From positions 17,989 to 81,988 of the forward strand of contig CAZDBT010000002.1 of assembly GCA_964503795.1 (NCBI GenBank): a DNA stretch of 64,000 nucleotides, in the 5' to 3' direction. This document shows, piece after piece, positions 1 through 8,555 of this stretch. The DNA is from an uncultured Candidatus Saccharibacteria bacterium (GTDB taxonomy: Bacteria > Patescibacteriota > Minisyncoccia > UBA6257 > WO2-44-18). Position 1 is the stretch's first letter, and each line of letters begins with the position of its first letter. The notes beneath the pieces were generated by a model that was given only the letters and a program-made list of their open reading frames with translations, did no database searches and was not told the DNA's origin. The position numbers and the translations under genes are program-made.

Positions 1-456
1 GCTACGACAAACGCCAGCAAGGAATCCTGGGTTTACAACATCACCAACCCAGCTGTCCCGGTATTGAAAAATACATATGATTTTCCCGCGTCTTCCGGTT
101 CCTACAGCACCTATCTTTATTTCCGGGGTAGCGGCACCAATCTGCTAAGCGGCACCTCCGCCAATGAGGTGGCGGTCATCGGCGCCACCACGACTTCCAA
201 GATGTATGTGCGTAGTCGGCTGGATGTTGGCGGGCAGGTGAACGACATCGTCTGCACTACGGGTAATCTTGCGTTTCTTTCAACCAACAACGGGGGGGCG
301 GAATTTACAGTGGTCAACGCGACCGATCCCGACCACATTACTTCCTATGCCACCCTAAACTTTCCCCAGATAGCGACCGGAATAGACTTCGCGAATAATT
401 ACGTATTTATGGCAGTAAGAAGCAATGATGCGCTACGAATCATCACATCACAATAA
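1..456 (+). CDS. C-terminal part of an LVIVD-repeat beta-propeller protein, probably pilus-associated; 5' truncated by the window edge
   Basis: Frame +1 is open from base 1. It has LVIVD-like repeats (VYNITNPAVP, VVNATDPDHI, GIDFANNYVFMA) and lies directly upstream of pilin genes. Confidence 0.6.
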   Translation, partial: ATTNASKESWVYNITNPAVPVLKNTYDFPASSGSYSTYLYFRGSGTNLLSGTSANEVAVIGATTTSKMYVRSRLDVGGQVNDIVCTTGNLAFLSTNNGGAEFTVVNATDPDHITSYATLNFPQIATGIDFANNYVFMAVRSNDALRIITSQ

Positions 457-928
457 AGGTTTTACACTGATCGAAACTCTGATCTACGCGGCTTTAACGA
501 CGATGCTGGTGACTTTTGCGATCCTGACAACCTATTCTCTGATCGATTCTTCCGATCGGGTTAGGAATCAGAAGGAGCTGGTGGAAAACCAGAAGCTCCT
601 TACCCAAAAGATCTATTGGGCCCTGCAGAACGTTTCGGCGATCAATTCTCCAACTTCCGGAGCTACCTCCACTACTTTGTCGGTAGATAAGTTGAGCTAT
701 GGATCCAATCCGGTGGTTGTGAATACCGCTTCCAGCGTGGCCTGGCTTAAGCGCGGCGCGTCGGCGGCCCAGCCGATCACCGATAATTTTTACGCGCGGG
801 TTCAGAGCCTGAATTTCCATCAGTTCGATTTTTCCGGCCACCCCGCGATCCAGGTTTCCGGATCGTTATTCAATCCCTATACTTCCACCACGGTGGCGAT
901 CGGGACGACTACAATACTGGTTAAATAA
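425..928 (+). CDS. Type IV minor pilin / pseudopilin
   Basis: Prepilin cleavage motif KG|FTLIETLIY followed by a hydrophobic helix. Confidence 0.85.
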   Translation: MMRYESSHHNKGFTLIETLIYAALTTMLVTFAILTTYSLIDSSDRVRNQKELVENQKLLTQKIYWALQNVSAINSPTSGATSTTLSVDKLSYGSNPVVVNTASSVAWLKRGASAAQPITDNFYARVQSLNFHQFDFSGHPAIQVSGSLFNPYTSTTVAIGTTTILVK

Positions 929-932
929 CCCA

Positions 933-1313
933 ATGAACAAAGAAAACGGATTTATTGCGCTTACTACCTCGATCATCCTTTCGATCCTGGTTTTGTTGGT
1001 GGCGGCCTCTTTGGGATCGGCCAACTTGTTCAACCGGTTCGCGGTGGTGGATTTCAGTAATAAACAGGCCAGTTTTTCGGTGGCGCGCTCCTGCCTGAAT
1101 TACTCACTTTTGAAATTAGCCGAGGGTTCCAGCTATGCCGGCAATGAGACGCTGACAGTCGCTTCCTATACCTGCGCGATCGGCGCTATTACGACCTCCG
1201 GAGCCAATAAGGTAATAACCGCTAAATCCCAGATCAACGGAGCCACGACCAATTTGAGGCTAACGGTGGTCACCGCCAGCTTATCCACAGTCTCCCTAGA
1301 AGAGCTGCAGTAG
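933..1313 (+). CDS. PilX-like minor pilin
   Basis: NG|FIALTTSIIL N-terminus lacking Glu5, typical of PilX/GspK-like subunits; lies within the pilin cluster. Confidence 0.7.
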   Translation: MNKENGFIALTTSIILSILVLLVAASLGSANLFNRFAVVDFSNKQASFSVARSCLNYSLLKLAEGSSYAGNETLTVASYTCAIGAITTSGANKVITAKSQINGATTNLRLTVVTASLSTVSLEELQ

Positions 1314-1396
1314 TTTGTTATACTTAAGTCAGTCTAGTTTAGCTTTAAATTTCGGAAAGGTCGGTTTAGGTTAATAAAATTTAATTGAATAAAAAT

Positions 1397-1873
1397 ATGA
1401 TGAAGAAAATTTCAGGTTTCACCTTGATCGAGTTGTTGGTCGTTATCGGCATTATCGCTATCTTAGCCGGTGTGGTTATCGTTGCTTTGAACCCCGCCCG
1501 TCAGTTCGCGCAAGCTCGCGACACCCAGAGGACTTCGAATGTTAACGCGATCCTTGAGGCTATTGGCCAGAGAATGGCGGACAATCGCGGCACTTGGGCC
1601 GCTACTGGTGGATGTGAAGCCCTGCCTACTGCTGGACCCGTTAACATTGGTACAGATGTTGCTGGCACAAACGCCGCCAAGGTTGACTTAGAGGCCTGCC
1701 TGGTTCCGACCTATATCTCCCAGATGGTCTCTGATCCATCTACTGGCGTGATTGATCCCACGACTGGTAGTACCACTGATTCCGGGTACACCGTCGTTAG
1801 GAATGCGTCGACTGGTAGAATTACCATTGCCGCTACTCCGGAGGTCGCAGCTTCTATTTCGGCTACGAGATAG
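1397..1873 (+). CDS. Type IV major pilin-like protein
   Basis: SG|FTLIELLVVIGIIAIL, ARDTQR helix and DP-TG...Y C-terminus. ATG at 1397 preferred over TTG at 1385. Confidence 0.9.
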   Translation: MMKKISGFTLIELLVVIGIIAILAGVVIVALNPARQFAQARDTQRTSNVNAILEAIGQRMADNRGTWAATGGCEALPTAGPVNIGTDVAGTNAAKVDLEACLVPTYISQMVSDPSTGVIDPTTGSTTDSGYTVVRNASTGRITIAATPEVAASISATR

Positions 1874-1876
1874 TTA

Positions 1877-1929
1877 GTAGATAAACAAAAACTCCCCGAT
1901 TTGTGTAAGGGGAGTTTTTGTTTATCTAC
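1877..1929. terminator. Bidirectional intrinsic terminator
   Basis: 21-bp perfect inverted repeat GTAGATAAACAAAAACTCCCC / GGGGAGTTTTTGTTTATCTAC between convergent genes. Confidence 0.85.
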
Positions 1930-2611
1930 CCGGGTTGAGCCAATGCTTGATTATGACCGCGATCGCTTTCAGGCCGTCCGTCCAGCGGATCTTTTTACCC
2001 TCGGCATAACCGCGACCGTGATAAGAAATGCCTACTTCATAAAATCGCCAGCCTTTCTGGGCGAGCTTGATCGTAACTTCCGGTTCAAAACCGAAGTCGT
2101 TCTCTTCTAATGTTATTGAATCCAAGGCCTGTTTCCGGAAGGCCTTAAAGCCGGTTTCCATATCGGTGAGGTTCAGGTTGGCGGCAATGTTGCAGAGCAG
2201 GGTCAGAAAGCGGTTGCCGGTGAAGTGCCAAAATAACATTACCCGGTGCGGCGCGGATCCGATGAAACGCGATCCGTAAACCACATCGGCCTGGCCGTTC
2301 TCTATGGGGCCGATCAGCTTAGCGTATTCTGCCGGGTCATATTCCAGATCGGCGTCTTGGATAAGAATAATTTCTTGCGTAGCATTTTTTATTCCGGTGC
2401 GGACTGCCGCGCCTTTACCGCTATTCTTTTCATGCCGGACAACTTTCACGTTCTTCGCCTGATGGGTTTTTAAAAATTCCTCGGTGCCATCAATAGAGTG
2501 ATCATCCACGATAATGATTTCCGTTGGTTTTTGCTTTTGGACACGCTCCAAAACCAGGGGCAGGGTAGCCTTCTCATTGAAAACGGGAATAATTACGGAA
2601 AATTTCGGCAT
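1922..2611 (-). CDS. GT2 glycosyltransferase (DPM1-like)
   Basis: VIIPVFNE, VDDHSIDGT, QDADLEYDP, GSRF and DMETGFK motifs. Confidence 0.92.
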   Translation of the reverse strand: MPKFSVIIPVFNEKATLPLVLERVQKQKPTEIIIVDDHSIDGTEEFLKTHQAKNVKVVRHEKNSGKGAAVRTGIKNATQEIILIQDADLEYDPAEYAKLIGPIENGQADVVYGSRFIGSAPHRVMLFWHFTGNRFLTLLCNIAANLNLTDMETGFKAFRKQALDSITLEENDFGFEPEVTIKLAQKGWRFYEVGISYHGRGYAEGKKIRWTDGLKAIAVIIKHWLNPGR

Positions 2612-4176
2612 TAATTTATCCTAAATAGGGATTCGCTGTCCGTTCCCGCTAATTTTGTGAAATCCCGGGAGTCCTTCAGCAGATAGTCCAGAAGCTTCGG
2701 GTTGCGTTTCTTCTCTACCACAATGTACGACGCCTTGAAGTCTTTTTTCAAGACCTGGGGAGTCGGCTCTACTTCATCGGCGGCGCAGTGGATCTTGCCG
2801 CAAGTGTAGGCGGTGGCGGCATCAATGGAGAAGAAGTGAGTTTTCCAATAGAGCTCCGGGCTGTATGAATATTCAAAAATGGGATCCATCCCGTTGATGA
2901 AGTAGTTCTTCTGATCCCAATAGAAAAGCTGGGCAAAACGGTCCCAGTGCGGATTAAAGACTATCTCCCCGGGTTGTGAGTTTTTATTCAGCCAATCGCC
3001 GATCTCTTTGAAGTCATTTACTTTGAAAGTACCCGTCATATAAGTATCAAAGCGGTACATGGTTTTAAACGGCATATAGATCAGAAAAATGACCAGCATC
3101 GCGCCCAAGGTGTAGTGTTGCCATTCATAGCGAGGGATCCAGACCTTGAATTGCGAAAAGACCAGGCCGATGAACAATACGGTAAAGCCGATAAAAATTT
3201 CATTTGAGCGTCTGGCCACCGCGAAGGTCAGCAGAAAGAAGATAAGGCCAAGCATGGAACTGGAGAGGATCTGCGATCTTAAATTAGCGGGAATGGTTTG
3301 CCATCTTTTGGTTCGGACCAGCCAGACAACAAATCCGACCGCGACCAGCGCCAAGACGGTGATCGGGATCAGCTGGTCTACGAAGTTCTCCCAGACGAAT
3401 GGGGTCAGTTCACGGCCGAACCGCAACGGCAGACTAGATTTTTCCAACAGCAGCTGCACTACTTGGATATAGGCCAGTTTTGCCGCTCCGATCGGGTTGG
3501 GGCGTAGGATCAGGCCGGCTAACAGCCCAAACAAGGCGGCGGCGTGTTTGCGGATGGCTAACTCCCGTTTTTGCAGAAGCTCTACCGTGGCGATCACGCC
3601 AACGACTAGGATCCCCATCCAGCTTAAAGAAAGGTGGATCCAGGAAAGGGATAGGGCGCTGAAAAAGACCACCAGCCGGGTTTTGTTGGTTTCCTGGCTG
3701 GCCAGATAGGCGAATAAAAGCATGCTTAATCCCAGCGATAGAGGGTGCGGACGCAACATAGTAATACGGTAAAGCAGGTCGGCCGAAGCTAATAGAAAAA
3801 CACCGAGCCAGAGCAGTGGCCAGCGTATTTTTAGTTTCAATAGAGAAATAAAAAAAAGCGTTGAGGCGATGACGGTGATAGCAAAAGCGCCCCACTGAAT
3901 TCCGGCGGCCAGGTCAGAGAAGAAAGTGAATGGCAGGATCAGCGCGTGGAAGCCGTACCAAAGATCGGCGGAATATTGGTTGATCGCCGAATACTGCGTC
4001 CAGGGGAAAGCGGTTCGGAACAGGCCGGTGGTCCGGTAGATCCAGGCATGGCGGATGTGATAAAAGCTGTCGGCATCGGCAATTCCGGTCAGCCGCATAT
4101 GAATGAAAAGCGCAAAGCTGACTATCAAAACCAGCGGCAGCAGCCCATAAATTATCTTTTTAAAGTCTAAAGACAT
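2611..4176 (-). CDS. Polytopic membrane protein, GT-C-like glycosyltransferase
   Basis: About 11 TM segments, DADSFYH loop and RPH motif. Start moved to ATG 4176 (MSLDFKK) because the longer ORF overlaps the PGI/PMI gene. Confidence 0.65.
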   Translation of the reverse strand: MSLDFKKIIYGLLPLVLIVSFALFIHMRLTGIADADSFYHIRHAWIYRTTGLFRTAFPWTQYSAINQYSADLWYGFHALILPFTFFSDLAAGIQWGAFAITVIASTLFFISLLKLKIRWPLLWLGVFLLASADLLYRITMLRPHPLSLGLSMLLFAYLASQETNKTRLVVFFSALSLSWIHLSLSWMGILVVGVIATVELLQKRELAIRKHAAALFGLLAGLILRPNPIGAAKLAYIQVVQLLLEKSSLPLRFGRELTPFVWENFVDQLIPITVLALVAVGFVVWLVRTKRWQTIPANLRSQILSSSMLGLIFFLLTFAVARRSNEIFIGFTVLFIGLVFSQFKVWIPRYEWQHYTLGAMLVIFLIYMPFKTMYRFDTYMTGTFKVNDFKEIGDWLNKNSQPGEIVFNPHWDRFAQLFYWDQKNYFINGMDPIFEYSYSPELYWKTHFFSIDAATAYTCGKIHCAADEVEPTPQVLKKDFKASYIVVEKKRNPKLLDYLLKDSRDFTKLAGTDSESLFRIN

Positions 4177-4221
4177 CGTTGTTATTATAGCAATAATTAT
4201 AGAGGTGTTATAATTACAACA

Positions 4222-5181
4222 ATGGATGACGCTATTAGAAATTTTCCCAAGCAGTTTGCCTGGGAGCCGAAAATAGAAAATGAGGACCTGTTGCACCAAT
4301 ACAGCAAGTTCGTGGTGGCCGGAATGGGCGGCTCCAGCTTGGCGGGTGATCTGATGAAAGTCTGGAATCCGTTGCTGGATCTGACCGTGCACCGTGATTA
4401 CGGTTTGCCGGAAATCGCCGAAGTGGATCTAAGCCGGACCTTAGTGATCGCCAGCTCTTACTCCGGAAACACGGAAGAAACTCTCAATGCCCTGGATACG
4501 GCAATTGAGTTTGGTTTAGCTGTTGCGGTAGTGGCGGCAGGAGGAAAGTTACTGGAAAAAGCGAAAGAATTAGGCCTGCCATATGTGGAACTTCCCGCTG
4601 ATGGGATCCAGCCAAGAATGGCGACCGGATTCAGCTTGAAAGCCATCTTGGCCTTACTGGGAATGGATGAAGCGCTGCAGGAAGTTGCGACACTGACAAA
4701 ACTCAACGTAAAGCCTTTTGAGCTAGCCGGAAAAAAATTGGCCGGAAAATTAACCGGTAAACTTCCGGTAATTTATTCTTCACGGGCTAATCTACCCATT
4801 GCTTACAACTGGAAAATAAAATTCAATGAAACCGCAAAGATCCCGGCTTTTGCCAATCGTTTTCCGGAATTAAATCACAATGAAATGACCGGTTTTGATT
4901 CCACTCCCACAGCTAAGTCGCTTTCTGAAAAATTTCATTTTATTTTCCTGCGTGATCCGGAAGATCATCCGCGGATCAGTAAAAGGATGGAAGTGACCGC
5001 CAAGCTGTATCGGGACAGGGGATTGCCGGTTGAAGAAATTGATCTGGGCGGCTCAAATGTTTGGGAAAAGATATTTTCCAGCACTCTTTTAGCTGATTGG
5101 ACGGCCTATTATTTGGCGGAGGCGTATGGCGCCGATCCGGACAAGGTTCCGTTGGTTGAAGAATTCAAAAAAATGTTATAG
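4222..5181 (+). CDS. Bifunctional phosphoglucose/phosphomannose isomerase
   Basis: GMGGS, SYSGNTEET, QPR, NETAK and PELNHNE motifs. Confidence 0.92.
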   Translation: MDDAIRNFPKQFAWEPKIENEDLLHQYSKFVVAGMGGSSLAGDLMKVWNPLLDLTVHRDYGLPEIAEVDLSRTLVIASSYSGNTEETLNALDTAIEFGLAVAVVAAGGKLLEKAKELGLPYVELPADGIQPRMATGFSLKAILALLGMDEALQEVATLTKLNVKPFELAGKKLAGKLTGKLPVIYSSRANLPIAYNWKIKFNETAKIPAFANRFPELNHNEMTGFDSTPTAKSLSEKFHFIFLRDPEDHPRISKRMEVTAKLYRDRGLPVEEIDLGGSNVWEKIFSSTLLADWTAYYLAEAYGADPDKVPLVEEFKKML

Positions 5182-5193
5182 TATAGGCCAGTC

Positions 5194-5266
5194 GGTCTCA
5201 TCGTCTAGTTGGTCAGGACATGCGGTTCTCATCCGCAAAACATGGGTTCGAATCCCATTGGGACCA
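5194..5266 (+). tRNA. tRNA-Glu (CTC)
   Basis: Acceptor GGTCTCA/TGGGACC, anticodon arm TGCGG-TTCTCAT-CCGCA, T-loop GGTTCGAATCC; CCA not encoded. Confidence 0.95.
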
Positions 5267-5294
5267 CCGTTCAAGTCTCTTTCTCGCTTAGAAT

Positions 5295-5323
5295 TTGACA
5301 TGAGGGAGGTTTTTCTGTATAAT
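5295..5323 (+). promoter_or_regulatory. sigma70 promoter for tsaC-tgt
   Basis: TTGACA-N17-TATAAT, perfect consensus. Confidence 0.85.
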
Positions 5324-5343
5324 CACTGTTATTAGCTTAAATT

Positions 5344-5907
5344 ATGCATAAAAACAGCCCAAAACCCCAAGAAGTTACCCAGATCCTCAACGCCGGCGGT
5401 GTTATGATATTTCCGACCGAAACCCTTTATGGGTTGGGTTGTGACGCTACTAATCCGCAGGCGCTTTTGAAGATCTACCAGATCAAAAGCCGCGCGATCG
5501 GCAAGGCTTTCCCTATTTTAGTTAAGGATTTCAAGATGTTGGCGGATTATGCCCACTTCACTCCGGAGCAGAAGAAAGTAATGACCAAATCCAAGCAACC
5601 CATCACTTTCATTCTGAAAGCAAAGAATCTTTCTCCGCTGGCGGCAGTAAAACACACCGCGGCTTTCCGGATCGCTAAGCATCGTTGGATCAAAGAACTT
5701 TTCCGCTACTTTGATAAACCGATCGTGGCGACCAGCGCGAATCTTTCCGGAAAGGATCCGTTACGCGATCCGGCGCAATACAAAGAGATGTTCAAGAAAG
5801 CTGCCGAAATGATCGATGCTGTTATTCACGCCGGCATCAATAATAAGAAGAAGGGTTCCAAGATAGTGGATCTGACCAAGAAACCCTATAAAGTAGTCAG
5901 GGCTTAA
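5344..5907 (+). CDS. tsaC: L-threonylcarbamoyladenylate synthase (Sua5/YrdC family)
   Basis: FPTETLYGLG, K-R and ATSANLSG motifs. Confidence 0.9.
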   Translation: MHKNSPKPQEVTQILNAGGVMIFPTETLYGLGCDATNPQALLKIYQIKSRAIGKAFPILVKDFKMLADYAHFTPEQKKVMTKSKQPITFILKAKNLSPLAAVKHTAAFRIAKHRWIKELFRYFDKPIVATSANLSGKDPLRDPAQYKEMFKKAAEMIDAVIHAGINNKKKGSKIVDLTKKPYKVVRA

Positions 5908-5908
5908 A

Positions 5909-5939
5909 TAGCGACTAGCCACTAGCGATTAGCGACTAG
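5909..5939 (+). repeat. Heptamer tandem repeat (TAGCGAC-like, about 4.4 units) directly before the tgt start
   Basis: TAGCGAC TAGCCAC TAGCGAT TAGCGAC TAG. Confidence 0.85.
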
Positions 5940-5940
5940 G

Positions 5941-7071
5941 ATGAAATTTAAAATACTAAAGAAGTCCAAGAAAAGCCGAGCAAGGCTTGGGATAATTAAA
6001 ACGAAGCACGGCGTTATCCATACGCCGGCTTTTGTTCCCGTGGCTACGCAGGCCGCCATCAAAGGTCTGACCGTTGATCAGCTGAAGTCGGTCGGTTTTG
6101 AGTCATTGCTGTGCAACACCTATCATCTTTATTTGCGGCCGGGGGATCTGACGGTCAAGAAAATGGGCGGTTTGCATAAATTTATGAAATGGAACGGTCC
6201 GATCTGGACCGACAGCGGCGGTTTTCAGGTCTTTAGTTTGGGAGCCGCCATCCAGCACGGCGTAGGAAAAGTAGCGAACGCCGAAGGCGAGCAAGTGACG
6301 CCTCTGAAATCCGGGAAAAGTTTTGTGAAAATTACCGACGACGGCGTGGAGTTCCGTTCGCATCTGGACGGCTCCAAACATTTTTTGACCCCGGAGAAGT
6401 CCATCCAGATACAGGAAAATTTGGGCGCCGATATTATTTTCGCTTTTGATGAATGCACTTCGCCGAAGCACGATCACGCATACACCGAGAAATCTCTGAC
6501 TCGCACACACAGTTGGGCCAGGCGTTGCCTGAAAGTTTTTAAGGGCAAGAATCAAGCCCTGTTTGGCATAGTTCAAGGTGGGATTTATAAAGATTTGCGA
6601 ATAAAAAGCGCCAAGGCGATCGGGGCGATGGATTTTGATGGTTTCGGTATCGGTGGCGCTTTTGGCGAAAAAGAAATGAAGGAGGTTTTGGATTGGACGA
6701 TCCCGTTTTTACCGGAAGACAAACCGAAGCATTTGCTTGGCATCGGTTCGGAAAAGGATATTTGGGAAGCGGTGAAGCGGGGGATAGATACTTTTGATTG
6801 TGTTGTTCCGACCCGGTTGGGCCGCGCCGGCAGCGCTTTGATCCGCGGCAATAAACTTTTCAACGCTAAATCCGGCCGGTATTCCGAAGATAAAAAACCG
6901 ATAGAAAACGATTGCGGCTGCTACACTTGCGCTAATTATTCCCGCGCCTACATTTCCCATCTTTTCCATGCCAACGAAATGCTTGGCCCGATCCTGGTTA
7001 CCATCCATAATCTCTCTTTTATGTATAAACTTTTGGAGGAGATCCGCGAGAGGATTGCGAACGAGCGATAA
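5941..7071 (+). CDS. tgt: Queuine tRNA-ribosyltransferase
   Basis: NTYHL, TDSGGFQVFSL, GIVQGG and CGCYTC...H zinc site. Confidence 0.97.
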   Translation: MKFKILKKSKKSRARLGIIKTKHGVIHTPAFVPVATQAAIKGLTVDQLKSVGFESLLCNTYHLYLRPGDLTVKKMGGLHKFMKWNGPIWTDSGGFQVFSLGAAIQHGVGKVANAEGEQVTPLKSGKSFVKITDDGVEFRSHLDGSKHFLTPEKSIQIQENLGADIIFAFDECTSPKHDHAYTEKSLTRTHSWARRCLKVFKGKNQALFGIVQGGIYKDLRIKSAKAIGAMDFDGFGIGGAFGEKEMKEVLDWTIPFLPEDKPKHLLGIGSEKDIWEAVKRGIDTFDCVVPTRLGRAGSALIRGNKLFNAKSGRYSEDKKPIENDCGCYTCANYSRAYISHLFHANEMLGPILVTIHNLSFMYKLLEEIRERIANER

Positions 7072-7129
7072 ATAGTTATACTACGGGCAGAACTTCTAAC
7101 TTCGGATTTTGCGAAAATAAGGAGACCGG

Positions 7130-7402
7130 ATGAGCGTTGCCACTGTTTTCGGCTGGCTGGCGTGTGTTTCTACTTTCATTTTCTTTTCGGTTGGTTCGCC
7201 AACTCAAATAATTAAGCACTATCGCGAGAAACGAGTCGGCCTGACCGCTTTTTATGCCGCCTGGCCTCTGACTAGTCATTTGTTTTGGTTGGGACGTGGA
7301 GTAACAACCAAGGATCCGTTTCTGATCTGGGTCAACGCGTTTGCCTTAGTGATGGTGAGCATCATCTGCGCCCAGAAATTCATTATTTATCGGGGAAAAT
7401 AA
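7130..7402 (+). CDS. SemiSWEET / PQ-loop family small transporter
   Basis: 90 aa, 3 TM helices, P-TQ loop followed by K/R, W and N positions typical of SemiSWEET; SD TAAGGAG. Confidence 0.7.
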   Translation: MSVATVFGWLACVSTFIFFSVGSPTQIIKHYREKRVGLTAFYAAWPLTSHLFWLGRGVTTKDPFLIWVNAFALVMVSIICAQKFIIYRGK

Positions 7403-7426
7403 AACAAGGCTAAAGCCTTGTTTTTT
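7403..7426 (+). terminator. Intrinsic terminator
   Basis: AACAAGGC-TAAA-GCCTTGTT followed by a T-run. Confidence 0.8.
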
Positions 7427-7428
7427 GT

Positions 7429-7447
7429 TTGTGCCGCGGGAGAGAAT
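7429..7447 (-). repeat. Duplicate of the tRNA-Phe 3' end (att-like)
   Basis: TTGTGCCGCGGGAGAGAAT matches 7616-7634 at 18/19 positions. Confidence 0.8.
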
Positions 7448-7618
7448 AGGAGTTAAATTATATAGTCCAACAGCGAGAACAGTTCTTGAGCAGCATATCT
7501 CGGAGCCCCGCTGGGCCAGGTCTGCGCTACGCGCAGCCGGCGGGGCGAGAGTAAAGAGCATTTTTGGCGCTGGCCAAAAAGAGCTCTGGTGATGCGAGAG
7601 AGCTGTTTGAGCCAATTG

Positions 7619-7690
7619 TGCCGCGGGAGGGAATTGAACCCCCGACGCCAGCCTCTTCAGGGCTGCGCTCTACCACTGAGCTACCGCGGC
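7619..7690 (-). tRNA. tRNA-Phe (GAA)
   Basis: Acceptor GCCGCGG/CCGCGGC, anticodon arm CAGCC-CTGAAGA-GGCTG, T-loop GGTTCAATTCC. Confidence 0.95.
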
Positions 7691-7727
7691 GTATAATAAG
7701 ACTAGTTTAGTCAATTTTGGAGGAAAA

Positions 7728-8411
7728 TCAAATCTTCAGTTTTGCCACCTCTTCCGGTTTCAGTTCCCGGTATTCCCCGGGCTTTTCTATGCCCTTCAGA
7801 GTTATGCGGCCAACGCGGATCCTTTTAAGATTTTTAATCGTCAGATGAACTTCGGCGGCCATCCGGCGGATCTGATGTTTACGGCCTTCTTTCAAAATTA
7901 TGGAAAAAGAGGTGTCGCTAAGCTGTTCTACTTTGGCCGGCAAAGTTTTTTGACCGTCCAGATCCACGCCTTCGGCTAATCGGCGCAGGCTCAAGGGCTG
8001 AATTTTTTCCCAGACCTGAACTTCGTACTCTTTTTCAACCAAATGCTTGTCGCTGGTGATAGTAGCGGTGAGCACGCCATCATTAGAGAGCAGGATCAGC
8101 CCCTCGCTTTCTTTATCCAACCGACCAACCGCATTGAGATGCTTATATTGAGGCAGATAATCAAAGATAGTTTCTCCCCCTTTTTCATTGATGGCCGAAA
8201 TAAGACCGCGGGGTTTATTCAGGGCGACGGTTAACTTGGGAAGTTCTTCCTTTCCCTTCCTTTCCCTGATCTTCACCACGTCTTTTTCCGAAACCTGGTC
8301 GCCCAAAACCGCTACTCGGTCGTTGATGAGCACTTTTTTGTCGGAGATCAATCTGTCCGCCTCGCGGCGGCTGGCTAATTTTTGAGACGCTAGATATTTG
8401 TTGATCCGCAT
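7728..8411 (-). CDS. rRNA pseudouridine synthase (RsuA/RluB/RluF family) with S4 domain
   Basis: MRINKYLA..SRREAD S4 domain, GRLDKESEGL catalytic Asp, EGRKHQIRRM. Confidence 0.93.
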   Translation of the reverse strand: MRINKYLASQKLASRREADRLISDKKVLINDRVAVLGDQVSEKDVVKIRERKGKEELPKLTVALNKPRGLISAINEKGGETIFDYLPQYKHLNAVGRLDKESEGLILLSNDGVLTATITSDKHLVEKEYEVQVWEKIQPLSLRRLAEGVDLDGQKTLPAKVEQLSDTSFSIILKEGRKHQIRRMAAEVHLTIKNLKRIRVGRITLKGIEKPGEYRELKPEEVAKLKI

Positions 8412-8482
8412 ACCACTCTATACTTATCCACTTCTGCATTTTTGGAAAGCGGCGGTAAACTTGAAGTATAAAAATTCATTCT

Positions 8483-8532
8483 TTGCTTCGTTTCTAGGAC
8501 TAGTCTATAATTCGTAATTAGTTCTTAGAAAA
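8483..8532 (+). promoter_or_regulatory. Promoter plus boxA-like leader of nrdJ
   Basis: TTGCTT(8483)-N17-TATAAT(8506), then GTTCTTAGAAAA at 8521 and AAGGAG downstream. Confidence 0.65.
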
Positions 8533-8555
8533 TCGTATCTCGAAAGGAGCAAGGA

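Noticed and set aside
4177-4392. ORF-track N-terminal extensions (also 17602-17781, 49209-49400, 51511-51642, 39649-39723, 63589-63609)
   Set aside because: They overlap neighbouring genes, the ribozyme or the MITE; downstream starts have better promoter or SD support.
8412-8440. Possible heptamer array upstream of the pseudouridine synthase
   Set aside because: Only about three degenerate units with irregular 7-8 nt spacing.
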